Below are positions 18,758-28,915 of a stretch of 64,000 nucleotides of DNA, piece after piece. The DNA comes from Candidatus Parcubacteria bacterium (GTDB taxonomy: Bacteria; Patescibacteriota; Minisyncoccia; Phycocordibacterales; JAACPR01). The DNA lies in NCBI GenBank assembly GCA_039805545.1, contig JBDLUA010000007.1, positions 1,252-65,251 of the forward strand, read 5' to 3'. Positions within the stretch are counted from its first letter, which is position 1; every line of letters starts with the position of its first letter. The position numbers and the translations under genes are program-made. The notes beneath the pieces are model-generated. The model made no database searches. It was not told the origin of the DNA and saw nothing but the letters and a program-made list of their open reading frames with translations.

Positions 18758-21709
18758 ATGAAGAAATTATTTTTGTTTTTATCTTTTATTATATTTATTT
18801 TTTGTATCAAGCATGCCGGTGCTCAAGTTGAAGAAATAGTTCTCTACTCTAAAGATGGTTTTAGTATTAAGACACAGTCGTTTGTGTTGGATGAAAAAGG
18901 TAACACATCTTTGGTCAAAAACTCAGATTTATATGTAGGTTTTAAAGATGAGGGTGTTGATTTTGAATATGATGAACCAAAAATTTCTTTTGAAATAAAA
19001 GATTCAAATAATAACTCCATAAGAAAAATAAATACACCTACATCCAAAAGAAATGGTGAGAGTCCAGATCTTCAAAAATATTTAGAAGACAATAAAGAAT
19101 ATTTTGATCAAGTAAGATTAGATAAAAATAATATAATAGTAAAAACCCCTGTTGATTTTGCTGGTGGCGAATATACATTGATTTTTAAGGTCAAATATGC
19201 GGAAAAAGAAAAAACTATGGAGCATAAAGTTATTGTTTCTAAATCTGCCTACTCTTTCTCTAATTTTAAACTTTCTTTAGAAGATGATGATTTTTTGGCT
19301 GCCATTGAATATAAAGCGCCAATTGATGTCGAAGAGGATGTAATAATTGACGTTTCTTTGAATAAGGAAGGAATAGAAATCTTTAAAAAAGAGTTTCCTA
19401 AAAAGATGTATGAGGAAGGAACAATTGTAATTGATGAGAAAGTAGAGAATATTAAGAAAGATTCAGATAAAGCGCTTTTTACTTTTAAAATAAAGGATAA
19501 AACAGGGGAGGTTGTATACGAGACTACTCAAAAAGTAAACTCAGAACACGCAAATAATATGTATAAATATATTTATATTGGAGCAATTTTAATTTTATTA
19601 ACACTTGCTTTTGTTGTGATAAAAAAAGTAAAGTCTAAAAAAATAAAAATTCCTACAGTAGTTTTCATTTTTATGCTTACAAGTATTTCTCTTACAAGAG
19701 TGTATGCGGTTGAGAAGTGTGGTGGTGTCAATCAGCCAGAAGATTTTTGCTTTGAAGATAAAATTGTTACATATGTGTGTAAAAATACATATACGTGTGA
19801 TGTTGAAGATGCTCGGTTAAAAAAGTATTTTTCTACTGGAAATATTGTAAATATTCAAACTGAGCAAGAGTGGGTTGGTCCGGTATCTGCAACAATTAAT
19901 ATTTGTAATAATATTGGGCAAACACTCAACACGGGAGACGCTTTTTATGTAATAAGTGATTCAAATGGATCTAGTTGGCAACGAAAAAGATATCACGTAT
20001 TCAGATTTGTTAAAGGTACAGAAAATACTGTTACATTTGATCCTGGAGGAGATAAAAGAAATGTTAACTATGCCACATATAATGGAGGGTGTAGTGTAAC
20101 AGTGTATTCAAGATATAGTGGAGATTCATCAAACTTTAAGAGCGCCGATACAAAGATTATTGAAACAGGAAAAGTAACCCCAAGTATGTGTAAGTCAAAA
20201 GCTGTCAATGAGGATACTTTTGAAAGTAATGCATCCATGCTCGACAGAGATGATTGTACTCAATCTGAGCTTCGAGATACCTGGATTGCTGGAAGTGTAT
20301 ATTTTAATCCTATCTATAGTTCAAATTCTTGGGCAGAAAAAACTGTAAATGTATGTAATTATCTTGGATATACAGAGAACACAATACCTGAAGGAAAGGC
20401 ATTCTATGCGCTCATGGAACAAACTAGTTCTTGGACAATGATTGATTATCCGGTGTTTAGGTATTTTTTTGGTACACCAGGAACAAATTATTATGAAGGG
20501 AATATAACTGTTGAATGGGCAAATAAAAATACATATAGATTTGATGGATACAAAGAAAATGTCCCTACTATGAAATATGATGGCGAATGTACAATTACAT
20601 TTAGGCTTTATAATAGAGGAGAGGATACTGACTCGTGGACTCATGGATATAAATTGATTGAATTAGGAATGGTTGAAGATGCAACTTGTCGAGACGAACA
20701 TATTGTTGAACACTCAACCGCGACATTTGATGGGGCATATCGGTATTCTGGAAGAGGATTAACAGATGGTGTGGTTGAAGATTGGACCAAACGAGCGGGT
20801 GGAAAGTATTCTGTTATGGCCCCATTTATGAGAAGTCTTTCTGATTGTGTCGGTACTTCACAGTGTGACTTAAATGGTGAATGGATAAAATCCTACACTA
20901 ATACTGCATGCCCACCCCCTACTTGCGATACAAGTCATACTGTTGGTGCTGATGCTGGTTGTAGTGTAAATAATAAAGAACAAACATGGCAATGTACAAA
21001 TGGAAGTTGGACAGTTTCTGAAGGGTCTAACTTGTGCACAACTTTGGATTGTACGGTTGATAATACTGAGGTTGAATCAGGTGATCCTGTTACGTATACT
21101 GCAACTTTAATTACAAACGCTTTTTATAAGTGGTGGACCACACCTACTTCTCAAATTTTAAATGAGAATGCAAGAACATATACTGCAACGTATACAAACG
21201 GCGGAACTTATAATCGAATAGTAACCGCAACCAACGGAACAACTGTACAAAGTAAATCTTGTCCTTCAGTTGAAGTAAATATTTCATGTAATGGAACAAA
21301 ACCAAATGATTCTGCTTGTGTAAATGGTTCTCAGACTATATACAATTCAACATGTGATTCTGATGGAAGTTGGGGATATCAAGTTGTGGCTTGTGGTAAT
21401 GCTACAACGACCGATGACGGTACACCAACTTTAACAAGGTTTAGCTTTAGTCCAAATATGGCAAGCGGAACAACTTGTCCACTCTATGTTCAGGTAGATA
21501 ATGCACAATTATGTAAAATAAAAAATCGATCAATCTATACGCAATTACAAGATACAGGAACTTCTCCAACGGAATTTTCTGTAAACGGTTATTCGTATCC
21601 AGTTGGTACATATACGCTTGAGTGTGCTGCATCTTCAACTAATCCATCATATGTATCTATGAATGCGCAGGCATCTTGTTATACGAATCCAATTATTAAA
21701 GAAAACTAA
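18758..21709 (+). CDS. Large secreted/surface protein with internal TM segments and tandem Cys-containing domains
   Basis: N-terminal signal peptide. A hydrophobic helix at ~aa 265 is followed by a second signal-peptide-like segment (KKIKIPTVVFIFMLTSISLTRVYA). Then two ~115-aa repeats and Cys-rich modules. Confidence 0.5.
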   Translation: MKKLFLFLSFIIFIFCIKHAGAQVEEIVLYSKDGFSIKTQSFVLDEKGNTSLVKNSDLYVGFKDEGVDFEYDEPKISFEIKDSNNNSIRKINTPTSKRNGESPDLQKYLEDNKEYFDQVRLDKNNIIVKTPVDFAGGEYTLIFKVKYAEKEKTMEHKVIVSKSAYSFSNFKLSLEDDDFLAAIEYKAPIDVEEDVIIDVSLNKEGIEIFKKEFPKKMYEEGTIVIDEKVENIKKDSDKALFTFKIKDKTGEVVYETTQKVNSEHANNMYKYIYIGAILILLTLAFVVIKKVKSKKIKIPTVVFIFMLTSISLTRVYAVEKCGGVNQPEDFCFEDKIVTYVCKNTYTCDVEDARLKKYFSTGNIVNIQTEQEWVGPVSATINICNNIGQTLNTGDAFYVISDSNGSSWQRKRYHVFRFVKGTENTVTFDPGGDKRNVNYATYNGGCSVTVYSRYSGDSSNFKSADTKIIETGKVTPSMCKSKAVNEDTFESNASMLDRDDCTQSELRDTWIAGSVYFNPIYSSNSWAEKTVNVCNYLGYTENTIPEGKAFYALMEQTSSWTMIDYPVFRYFFGTPGTNYYEGNITVEWANKNTYRFDGYKENVPTMKYDGECTITFRLYNRGEDTDSWTHGYKLIELGMVEDATCRDEHIVEHSTATFDGAYRYSGRGLTDGVVEDWTKRAGGKYSVMAPFMRSLSDCVGTSQCDLNGEWIKSYTNTACPPPTCDTSHTVGADAGCSVNNKEQTWQCTNGSWTVSEGSNLCTTLDCTVDNTEVESGDPVTYTATLITNAFYKWWTTPTSQILNENARTYTATYTNGGTYNRIVTATNGTTVQSKSCPSVEVNISCNGTKPNDSACVNGSQTIYNSTCDSDGSWGYQVVACGNATTTDDGTPTLTRFSFSPNMASGTTCPLYVQVDNAQLCKIKNRSIYTQLQDTGTSPTEFSVNGYSYPVGTYTLECAASSTNPSYVSMNAQASCYTNPIIKEN

Positions 21710-21712
21710 ATT

Positions 21713-21750
21713 AAAAGGCGCGGCCCCTCCGGGGCCGCGCCTTTTTAAAA
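21713..21750. terminator. Intrinsic terminator GGCGCGGCCCCtccGGGGCCGCGCC + T-tract
   Basis: Hairpin plus TTTTTAAAA. Confidence 0.7.
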
Positions 21751-21770
21751 AACTATGCTAGTATAATTAC

Positions 21771-22802
21771 ATGAAAATAATTTCTAATTTTCTTCATAAA
21801 AATGAAAAATGGCTAACACCGATTGTTCTTCTTGGGGGATTTATATTAGATACCTTAACCTTACGAAGATCAGATTTACTAGCAGAAAATGTTTTGTTGG
21901 CTGTTTACTTTATTCTTGTTTTGTTTGGCCTTTTAATTTGGCACAAGTTTGAACAAAAGAGAATAAAGGATGTTGATCAATTAGGATTTCAATCTTTTAT
22001 TTTTCTTGTAATGCAATTTGCATTCGGAGGTCTTTTCAGTTCCCTCACCGTTTTTTATGTTAAGAGCGCATCATTTTATGCAAGTTGGCCATTCATACTC
22101 CTTTTGTTTGGAGGAATGATTGCTACCGAATATTTTAAGAAACATTTTACGCTTTTTCTTGTACAAATTGGTACACTTTACATGCTTTTGTTTACATATT
22201 TAATTCTTTTGGTACCCCTTGTAGTTCGATCAATTAATAGCTGGGTATTTGTTTTAAGCGGAATACTCAGTCTTACAGCTATTTTTGTATATATTCTTAT
22301 ATTTAAATTATATATTCCAAAACTGACCAAAGGGAAAGATATTTATTTTGTGTATGTTATTGGAGGAATTTTTGCCTTAATAAATAGTATGTATTTTACA
22401 AATATAATTCCGCCGATCCCGCTTTCATTAAAGGACTCCGGTATTTATCAGAGGGTTGAAAAAAATGCTGGAACATATGTTTTTTCTGGATTTGAAAACA
22501 GGTTTTCTTTTAGAAATTTTAAACAAGAATATTTTATTCCAAGAGGAACTCCTGTTTATTTTTATACGTCCGTATATGCACCTGTTAAATTTAATCAAAA
22601 GATTGTTCATGAATGGCAAAAGAAGAATACTAAAGATGAATGGGTTACTATATTAAAAATAGATTTTCCTATATATGGAGGAAATACAAATGGATATCGA
22701 GGATATACGGTAAGTAATAAAATTACAGAAGGGGAGTATAAAATTCTTGTAGAAACTGATAGTGGACAAGTTCTTGGTGTAAAAAAATTTAGTGTTAAAT
22801 AA
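21771..22802 (+). CDS. Polytopic membrane protein (about 6 TM) with C-terminal soluble beta-rich domain
   Basis: Hydrophobicity pattern only. No motif recognised. Confidence 0.45.
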   Translation: MKIISNFLHKNEKWLTPIVLLGGFILDTLTLRRSDLLAENVLLAVYFILVLFGLLIWHKFEQKRIKDVDQLGFQSFIFLVMQFAFGGLFSSLTVFYVKSASFYASWPFILLLFGGMIATEYFKKHFTLFLVQIGTLYMLLFTYLILLVPLVVRSINSWVFVLSGILSLTAIFVYILIFKLYIPKLTKGKDIYFVYVIGGIFALINSMYFTNIIPPIPLSLKDSGIYQRVEKNAGTYVFSGFENRFSFRNFKQEYFIPRGTPVYFYTSVYAPVKFNQKIVHEWQKKNTKDEWVTILKIDFPIYGGNTNGYRGYTVSNKITEGEYKILVETDSGQVLGVKKFSVK

Positions 22803-23057
22803 AAGGCCCTTAAGGGCCTTTTATTTATCCTTGTCGAGCTTTTCGTCGAGGATCCTTTTTATTAATTCGATAGAGCTTTCCTCGTCGTCGTACGAGTTGG
22901 TCTCCTGCCTTTTCTTTCTTGATTGATGACTTTACTTTCATGATGTGTGTATTTGTAGCATAAAAAGACCTATTTGTAAAATAGGGCAAGATGTTATAAT
23001 GAAAAATAAGACTTATTAGAGTATAGTTAGTCGTTTTATAAAATTTAATAATAATTT

Positions 23058-23846
23058 ATGGATAAACAATATAAAGATATCGGTTTTAAGGTTGGAGTGG
23101 TTGTTTTTGGACTTCTTGCATTGTTTTTAATTTCAAAAACAGTAGGAGAAGTTATTTCTTGGAGTAAGGATGAAATCTACCCAACAAAAACAATAACTAT
23201 TACTTCAGAGGGTGAAGCGCTTGCGATTGCAGATATAGCTTCTTTCTCTTTTACTGTAGATGAAGAAGGGGCAACAAGTGATGAGGCACAGAAGAAATCA
23301 ACAGATAAAATTAATAAAGCTATTGAATATTTAAAATCTAATGCTGTCGAAGAAAAAGATATTAAAACAGAAAACTATTCTATTTATCCTAAATATGAAT
23401 CAGTAAATCCTTGTTTTGTTGGGGATTGTCCTCCTCCATCTGAACCAAAAATTATTGGATACAATGTGTCACAAACTATTAGAGTAAAGGTTAGAGATAC
23501 ACAAAATACAGGAAAATTCCTCAGCGAATTAACAAAATATCAAATAAATAATATTTCAGGTATTTCATTTACAATTGATGATACAGATGCGTTGTATGAT
23601 CTTGCACGAAAAGATGCTGTAGAAAAAGCACAAGTAAAGGCAACTGCACTTGCAAAAGATTTAAATGTAAAACTCGGAGATGTGATTTCGTTTAGTGAGG
23701 ATAATTCACAATATTATCCAAATGACGCATATGGAATGGGTGGTGCAGAAATGGGAGTTTCTATGAAAACTGCTGTAGCGCCAACAATTCCTAAAGGAGA
23801 AAACAAATATACTACACGAGTATATGTGACATACGAACTTAAATAA
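23058..23846 (+). CDS. SIMPL/DUF541-family (BP26-like) membrane-anchored protein
   Basis: N-terminal TM. The central pattern (ITSEGEALAIADIASFSFTV...ENYSIYPKY) fits the SIMPL domain. Confidence 0.55.
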   Translation: MDKQYKDIGFKVGVVVFGLLALFLISKTVGEVISWSKDEIYPTKTITITSEGEALAIADIASFSFTVDEEGATSDEAQKKSTDKINKAIEYLKSNAVEEKDIKTENYSIYPKYESVNPCFVGDCPPPSEPKIIGYNVSQTIRVKVRDTQNTGKFLSELTKYQINNISGISFTIDDTDALYDLARKDAVEKAQVKATALAKDLNVKLGDVISFSEDNSQYYPNDAYGMGGAEMGVSMKTAVAPTIPKGENKYTTRVYVTYELK

Positions 23847-23929
23847 TAAGAACTCTATTTATAAAAGGGCGGACCCGAAGGGTCCGCCCTTTTCTTTACA
23901 ACACAATAATAATCACATACACTACCTGC

Positions 23930-24748
23930 ATGATTATATCCGGTAAAGAAATACAAACTAAATATATCGAAGCTCTCAAAGAGAAGGTTTTAAAAATGGA
24001 ACATAAACCTGTGCTGGTGATTATTCAAATTGGAGAAAACAAAGCTTCGCAAGTATACATTAATCAAAAGATTAAATTTGGAAAACTTCTTGGAGTACCT
24101 GTTGAATTTTATCAACTCGAAGAAGATGTTACTTTGGAATTTGTCCAAAAGCTTATTGGAGATTTTAACCATGATGATGATATTTGTGGAATTATCGTAC
24201 AACTTCCACTTCCACAGCATCTTAAACAATTTCAGTTTGAAATCATCGATGCAATTGAACCAGAAAAAGATGTAGATGGACTCACTTCTACAAATCTTAA
24301 AAGATTAATGAGTAGCGAAGGGGGTCTCGTACCTGCAACTGCAAAAGGTATTATGACTATGCTCAAAGAATCTAATATTGAAGTAAATGGCAAACATGTT
24401 GTCGTAGTTGGGCGATCTGTTCTTGTTGGACGAAGTCTTTCACAGTTGCTTTTGAATCAAGATGCAACAGTAACGGTATGTCACTCTAAAACAAAAAATC
24501 TAGCATCAATTACTAAAGGTGCTGATATTATTATTACTGCAACAGGTCAACCTAAACTTATTACCAAGGAACATGTGTCAGAGGGACAAACTGTAATTGA
24601 TGTAGGAATTACTTCTACAGGAGAACTTTTGGAGGGTGATGTGGATTTTGAGGAGGTTTCTAAAATTGTACAGAATATTTCCCCCGTACCGGGCGGGGTA
24701 GGACCCATGACTGTTTTGAGCTTGTTTGAGAATTTGATTGAAAAATAG
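23930..24748 (+). CDS. folD: Bifunctional methylenetetrahydrofolate dehydrogenase/cyclohydrolase FolD
   Basis: VVVVGRSVLVGRSLSQLLL...ATVTVCHSKT and GIIVQLPLP motifs. Confidence 0.9.
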   Translation: MIISGKEIQTKYIEALKEKVLKMEHKPVLVIIQIGENKASQVYINQKIKFGKLLGVPVEFYQLEEDVTLEFVQKLIGDFNHDDDICGIIVQLPLPQHLKQFQFEIIDAIEPEKDVDGLTSTNLKRLMSSEGGLVPATAKGIMTMLKESNIEVNGKHVVVVGRSVLVGRSLSQLLLNQDATVTVCHSKTKNLASITKGADIIITATGQPKLITKEHVSEGQTVIDVGITSTGELLEGDVDFEEVSKIVQNISPVPGGVGPMTVLSLFENLIEK

Positions 24749-24827
24749 TCGTTTGACTAATCTTTTCAAGAGTAGTATATTATTGACACAAGACCCCGGA
24801 AGGGGTTTTAAAAATGACCAAAAACAT

Positions 24828-25007
24828 ATGAGTATTTTCAATTTTTTCAAAGAAGTAAAGGGAGAGATGAAACACGTTAATTGGCCAACACGAAAGCAAA
24901 CAGTAACATATACATTACTTGTTATTGTTGTTTCAATCTTTGTTGGAGCATACGTAGGTCTATTTGACCACATCTTTACCCTTGGAATTCAACAACTTAC
25001 CAAATAA
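24828..25007 (+). CDS. secE: Preprotein translocase subunit SecE
   Basis: Small single-TM protein (KHVNWPTRKQTV...LLVIVVSIFVGAYV) immediately upstream of nusG. The ORF-track start at 24738 is probably too far 5'. Confidence 0.7.
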   Translation: MSIFNFFKEVKGEMKHVNWPTRKQTVTYTLLVIVVSIFVGAYVGLFDHIFTLGIQQLTK

Positions 25008-25012
25008 TTTTT

Positions 25013-25567
25013 TTGAGTATGTCAAAACAACAACAACCAAGTCGAGATCGAAACTGGTATGCAATTCATACATATGCTGGATATGAGAATGCTGTGCTTC
25101 GAAACCTCAAACAACGAATAGAATCATACGGAATGGAGGACTACATCTTTAATGTGGTTGTTCCTACTGAAAAAAAGATTAAGATTAAAGGAAATAAAAG
25201 AGCAGAAGTAGAAGAGAAGGTCTATCCTGGATATGTCCTCGTAGACATGATCGTAACAGATGATTCTTGGTATGTAGTTCGAAACACACCTCGAGTAACA
25301 GGATTCGTAGGTGCAGGAGTGTTCCCGGTTCCACTTTCAAAAAAAGAAGTAGACGAATTGTTTGCTCGAATGTCTAACGATACAACTAAACATGCAATTG
25401 ATATTGAAGTTGCAGACGTTGTAACTATTGTGGACGGTCCATTTAAGGATCTTGAAGGTAAGGTTGAAGAAGTTGATAGTGAACGAGGAAAAGTTAAGGT
25501 TCTCGTATCTATGTTTGGTCGAGAAACTCCAGTAGAATTAGACTTTTTGCAGATTCGAAAGATTTAA
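25013..25567 (+). CDS. nusG: Transcription termination/antitermination factor NusG
   Basis: WYAIHTYAGYEN NGN domain and C-terminal KOW motif. secE-nusG-rplK synteny. Confidence 0.9.
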   Translation: MSMSKQQQPSRDRNWYAIHTYAGYENAVLRNLKQRIESYGMEDYIFNVVVPTEKKIKIKGNKRAEVEEKVYPGYVLVDMIVTDDSWYVVRNTPRVTGFVGAGVFPVPLSKKEVDELFARMSNDTTKHAIDIEVADVVTIVDGPFKDLEGKVEEVDSERGKVKVLVSMFGRETPVELDFLQIRKI

Positions 25568-25610
25568 TCGGACTTGCTAAATAAAGAAAATAAGATAATA
25601 TAACCACACT

Positions 25611-26033
25611 ATGGCAAAGAAAATAACAAAAGTAATCAAACTTATCGCACCTGCAGGTAAGGCTACACCAGCTCCACCTCTTGGACCTGTGCTTGGACAA
25701 GCAGGGGTAAACATCGCTGAATTTACACAACGATTCAACGCTGACACACAGTCTCGAATGGGAGAACTCGTACCTGTTGTACTTACTGTGTATGAAGACC
25801 GAACATTCTCAATGGAATATAAGGTTGCTCCAGCTTCAGACCTCATTAAAAAGGCTGCAGGAATCACATCTGGTTCAGGAACAAATCTTACAAAAAAAGT
25901 AGGCTCAATTACAAAAGCACAAGTAAAAGAAATCGCTGAAAAGAAAATGCCAGACCTCAATGCTACAGATATCGATGGCGCAATGAAGATCATCGAAGGA
26001 TCAGCTCGAAGTATGGGAGTAGAGGTTAAATAA
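25611..26033 (+). CDS. rplK: 50S ribosomal protein L11
   Basis: [35 protein letters not shown] is a near-consensus L11 N-terminus. Confidence 0.95.
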   Translation: MAKKITKVIKLIAPAGKATPAPPLGPVLGQAGVNIAEFTQRFNADTQSRMGELVPVVLTVYEDRTFSMEYKVAPASDLIKKAAGITSGSGTNLTKKVGSITKAQVKEIAEKKMPDLNATDIDGAMKIIEGSARSMGVEVK

Positions 26034-26041
26034 TCTCTTAG

Positions 26042-26077
26042 AAAAAGGCGCGGCCCCGCAGGGGCCGCGCCTTTTTC
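26042..26077. terminator. Intrinsic terminator GGCGCGGCCCCgcaGGGGCCGCGCC + T-tract
   Basis: Hairpin plus TTTTTC after rplK. Confidence 0.7.
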
Positions 26078-26097
26078 AATATGATATAATTTCTTGT

Positions 26098-27771
26098 ATG
26101 AAAAAGAAAAATCATAAGTATATCTTTGTTATTGGAGGTGTGATGTCTGGAGTGGGTAAGGGGGTAGCGACAGCTTCGATAGGAACCATCCTTGAGTCCA
26201 TGAATTACAAAGTAAATCTTATGAAAGTTGATCCGTATCTGAATGTAGATGCGGGGACTATGAACCCCACCGAACACGGTGAGGTTTTTGTTTTAAACTC
26301 AGGACTTGAAACTGATCAAGATATGGGAAATTATGAAAGATTTTCAAATAAAGACGCAGATGATTTTTCTTATATGACTTCTGGAATGGTGTATCGAGAT
26401 GTAATTGAAAAAGAAAGAAATCTTGCATATGGTGGAAGATGTGTAGAAGCAATTCCTGATATTCGAGATGAGATAATTGCTCGTTTTAAAAAATCAGCAG
26501 TAAATAGTAAGGCAGATATCTCGATTGTTGAAATCGGAGGAACTATTGGTGATTTTCAAAATGCATTATTTTATGAAGCGGCACGGGTAATGAAATTCCA
26601 TAATCCAGAGGATGTAATATTTGTTATGGTATCGTATCTTCCAATTCCGGGAACACTTGGAGAAATGAAAACTAAACCAACTCAAAATGCGATTAGACAA
26701 TTAAGTTCTTTTGGTATTCAAGCTGATTTTATTATTGCACGAAGTTCAATTCCAATGGATGAAAAAAGAAAAGAAAAACTTGCGCTTACTTGTGGACTCA
26801 AGAAGGGTGCAGTTATTTCTGCTCCAGACATAGAGAGTATTTATGATGTTCCACTTAATTTTGAAAAAGATAAAATTGGAGAGATGGTTATTAAGGCATT
26901 AAGTCTTCCTGTTCGTGTTCCTGACTTAAGTAAATGGAAAAACTTTGTCCAAAAAACAAAGAATACAAAAGATGAAGTTCATATTGCAGTAGTTGGAAAG
27001 TACTTTGATACAGGAGACTTCGTTCTTTCAGATTCATACCTGTCCGTAATTGAAGCAATAAAATTCTCTGCGTATCATTTAAATAAAAAAGCTAAGATTT
27101 CATGGCTTAATTCAAAGGAATTTGAAAAAGACCCAAAGAAGGTGAAAAACCTTGATCAATATGACGGAGTTCTTGTTCCAGGAGGATTTGGTGGGACAGG
27201 AATAGAAGGAAAGATAAATGTAATTAAATATTGTCGAGAAAACAAAATTCCATACTTTGGAATTTGTTATGGGATGCAATTGCTTGTTGTTGAGTATGCA
27301 CGAAATGTCGCAAAGTTAAAAGATGCACATACAACAGAAATTAATTCAAAAACAAAGTACCCTGTTATAGATGTAATGCTTGAACAAAAAGAAAAACTTG
27401 CAAACAATCAATACGGAGGAACAATGCGACTAGGGTCTTATGATTGTGTGCTCGAAGAGGGGACTATTGCATATAACGCATATACAAAAACAAAATATTG
27501 GAATATTCAAAAAGGAAATAGTATTTCGGAAAGACATAGACATCGATATGAAGTAAACCCAATGTTTGTAGAACAATTATCTGATTCAGGACTTGTGTTT
27601 TCTGGGACTTCACCAGACAAAAAACTTATGGAAATTGCAGAACTTCCAAAATCACAACACCCATTCTTCCTGGGTGCACAATTTCATCCAGAGTTTAAGG
27701 GGCGACCAATATCACCACATCCATTGTTTACGGAGTTTGTGAAGGCAGCAATAGGGAATAAGAAAGGTTAA
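26098..27771 (+). CDS. pyrG: CTP synthase
   Basis: N-terminal synthase domain GVMSGVGKG and C-terminal class-I glutamine amidotransferase GICYGMQL...H..F. Confidence 0.95.
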   Translation: MKKKNHKYIFVIGGVMSGVGKGVATASIGTILESMNYKVNLMKVDPYLNVDAGTMNPTEHGEVFVLNSGLETDQDMGNYERFSNKDADDFSYMTSGMVYRDVIEKERNLAYGGRCVEAIPDIRDEIIARFKKSAVNSKADISIVEIGGTIGDFQNALFYEAARVMKFHNPEDVIFVMVSYLPIPGTLGEMKTKPTQNAIRQLSSFGIQADFIIARSSIPMDEKRKEKLALTCGLKKGAVISAPDIESIYDVPLNFEKDKIGEMVIKALSLPVRVPDLSKWKNFVQKTKNTKDEVHIAVVGKYFDTGDFVLSDSYLSVIEAIKFSAYHLNKKAKISWLNSKEFEKDPKKVKNLDQYDGVLVPGGFGGTGIEGKINVIKYCRENKIPYFGICYGMQLLVVEYARNVAKLKDAHTTEINSKTKYPVIDVMLEQKEKLANNQYGGTMRLGSYDCVLEEGTIAYNAYTKTKYWNIQKGNSISERHRHRYEVNPMFVEQLSDSGLVFSGTSPDKKLMEIAELPKSQHPFFLGAQFHPEFKGRPISPHPLFTEFVKAAIGNKKG

Positions 27772-28412
27772 AGTTCTACTCTAAAATCTTTTTTGATCTT
27801 TTCAATTTCCCCATCCTTGATAAGTTTTACCTCATCTTTATATTTATTTCGAACCATAAAACCATCAATAATATCTTTATTGTGATATGTACCTTTCTCT
27901 TTCTTTGAAGGTTCTGAAAGCTCTTCAAAAGTAACCTGACAGAATCGTTCTCCTGGATAAATAGTGATAATTTGGCTTTGAGTATTGTTTCGAATTGGAA
28001 TAATCAGTTGCCCTGAATATCCAGTATCTACAATTCCTGTAAGATCAACAGATAATCCTCGTCGATTAGTTGATGAACGTGGATAGAGTACTGACATTAC
28101 ATCATCTGGCCATGTAATCGTTTCAAGTGTAGATGCAAGAATGTGTTCACCTGGAAGAAGTTCAAACTTTTGTCCTTTTTCTAATTCAACTACTTCAAAA
28201 TTTTGTACATCATCTTTTTGATTCATATAATCAAACGCAAGTGCCTCACGCCCTTGTGCTGTAATATGCCATTGTTTTGGAATAAGAAATGTATATCCGA
28301 GTCTAAGGTCAATTGCATGTGCTTGCAATTGAAATTCATCAAGTGCTGGTTCTATTTGGATACTACCACTTTTAATTCGTTCAAGAATTTGTCGTTTTGT
28401 GAGGATTCCCAT
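27768..28412 (-). CDS. dcd: dCTP deaminase (dUTPase-fold)
   Basis: VDTGYSGQLIIPIRN and an N-terminus typical of Dcd. First gene of the minus-strand dcd-folA-thyA operon. Confidence 0.8.
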   Translation of the reverse strand: MGILTKRQILERIKSGSIQIEPALDEFQLQAHAIDLRLGYTFLIPKQWHITAQGREALAFDYMNQKDDVQNFEVVELEKGQKFELLPGEHILASTLETITWPDDVMSVLYPRSSTNRRGLSVDLTGIVDTGYSGQLIIPIRNNTQSQIITIYPGERFCQVTFEELSEPSKKEKGTYHNKDIIDGFMVRNKYKDEVKLIKDGEIEKIKKDFRVEL

Positions 28413-28414
28413 AT

Positions 28415-28915
28415 TTATATAATTATTTGATATTCCAATAATAGCGTGTTTTGTGAGAGAGGGGTAGAGGATATAAGTTCAAGTTTTTTCATGTGTAATT
28501 TTGAAAAAAGAGGAATACCTTCTCCAAATACAATTGGTTCGAGGGTAATGTAAAGCTTTTGAACGAGACCTGATTCCAAGAAGAGTGAATAAATTGAACT
28601 TCCACCACATATTGCAACAGACTCGTGTCCTTCTTGCTCGAGTCGAGTGAGAAGGACTGCGGGAGACTCGGATGTTGTCTCAACTCCTTCAATATTGAGA
28701 GATCTTGAGGTATATACAATAGTCCTTCTTCCTGGAAGTGCTTTACCAATAGTTTCAAACGTTGTTCGTCCCATCACGACTACACCTGTTTCTTTTGTTT
28801 TCTTTATAAAAAATTCTTTATCCGCACCACTTGTCCAAGAGAGGGATGTTGTGTGTTCTTTTGGACTAATAAATCCATCAAGTGATTGTGCTGCAATGAT
28901 AAATGTTGAAATCAT
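28415..28915 (-). CDS. Dihydrofolate reductase family protein (RibD_C/DHFR-like fold)
   Basis: LDGFIS...VMGRTTFE...LYITLEPIVFGEG resembles the DHFR/RibD-C pattern. Adjacent to thyA. Confidence 0.6.
   Translation of the reverse strand: MISTFIIAAQSLDGFISPKEHTTSLSWTSGADKEFFIKKTKETGVVVMGRTTFETIGKALPGRRTIVYTSRSLNIEGVETTSESPAVLLTRLEQEGHESVAICGGSSIYSLFLESGLVQKLYITLEPIVFGEGIPLFSKLHMKKLELISSTPLSQNTLLLEYQIII

Noticed and set aside
15198-23846. Prophage / integrative element next to tRNA-His
   Set aside because: No integrase, excisionase, capsid, terminase or relaxase genes, and no convincing att duplication of the tRNA 3' end. Kept only as a weaker 'possible island' finding.
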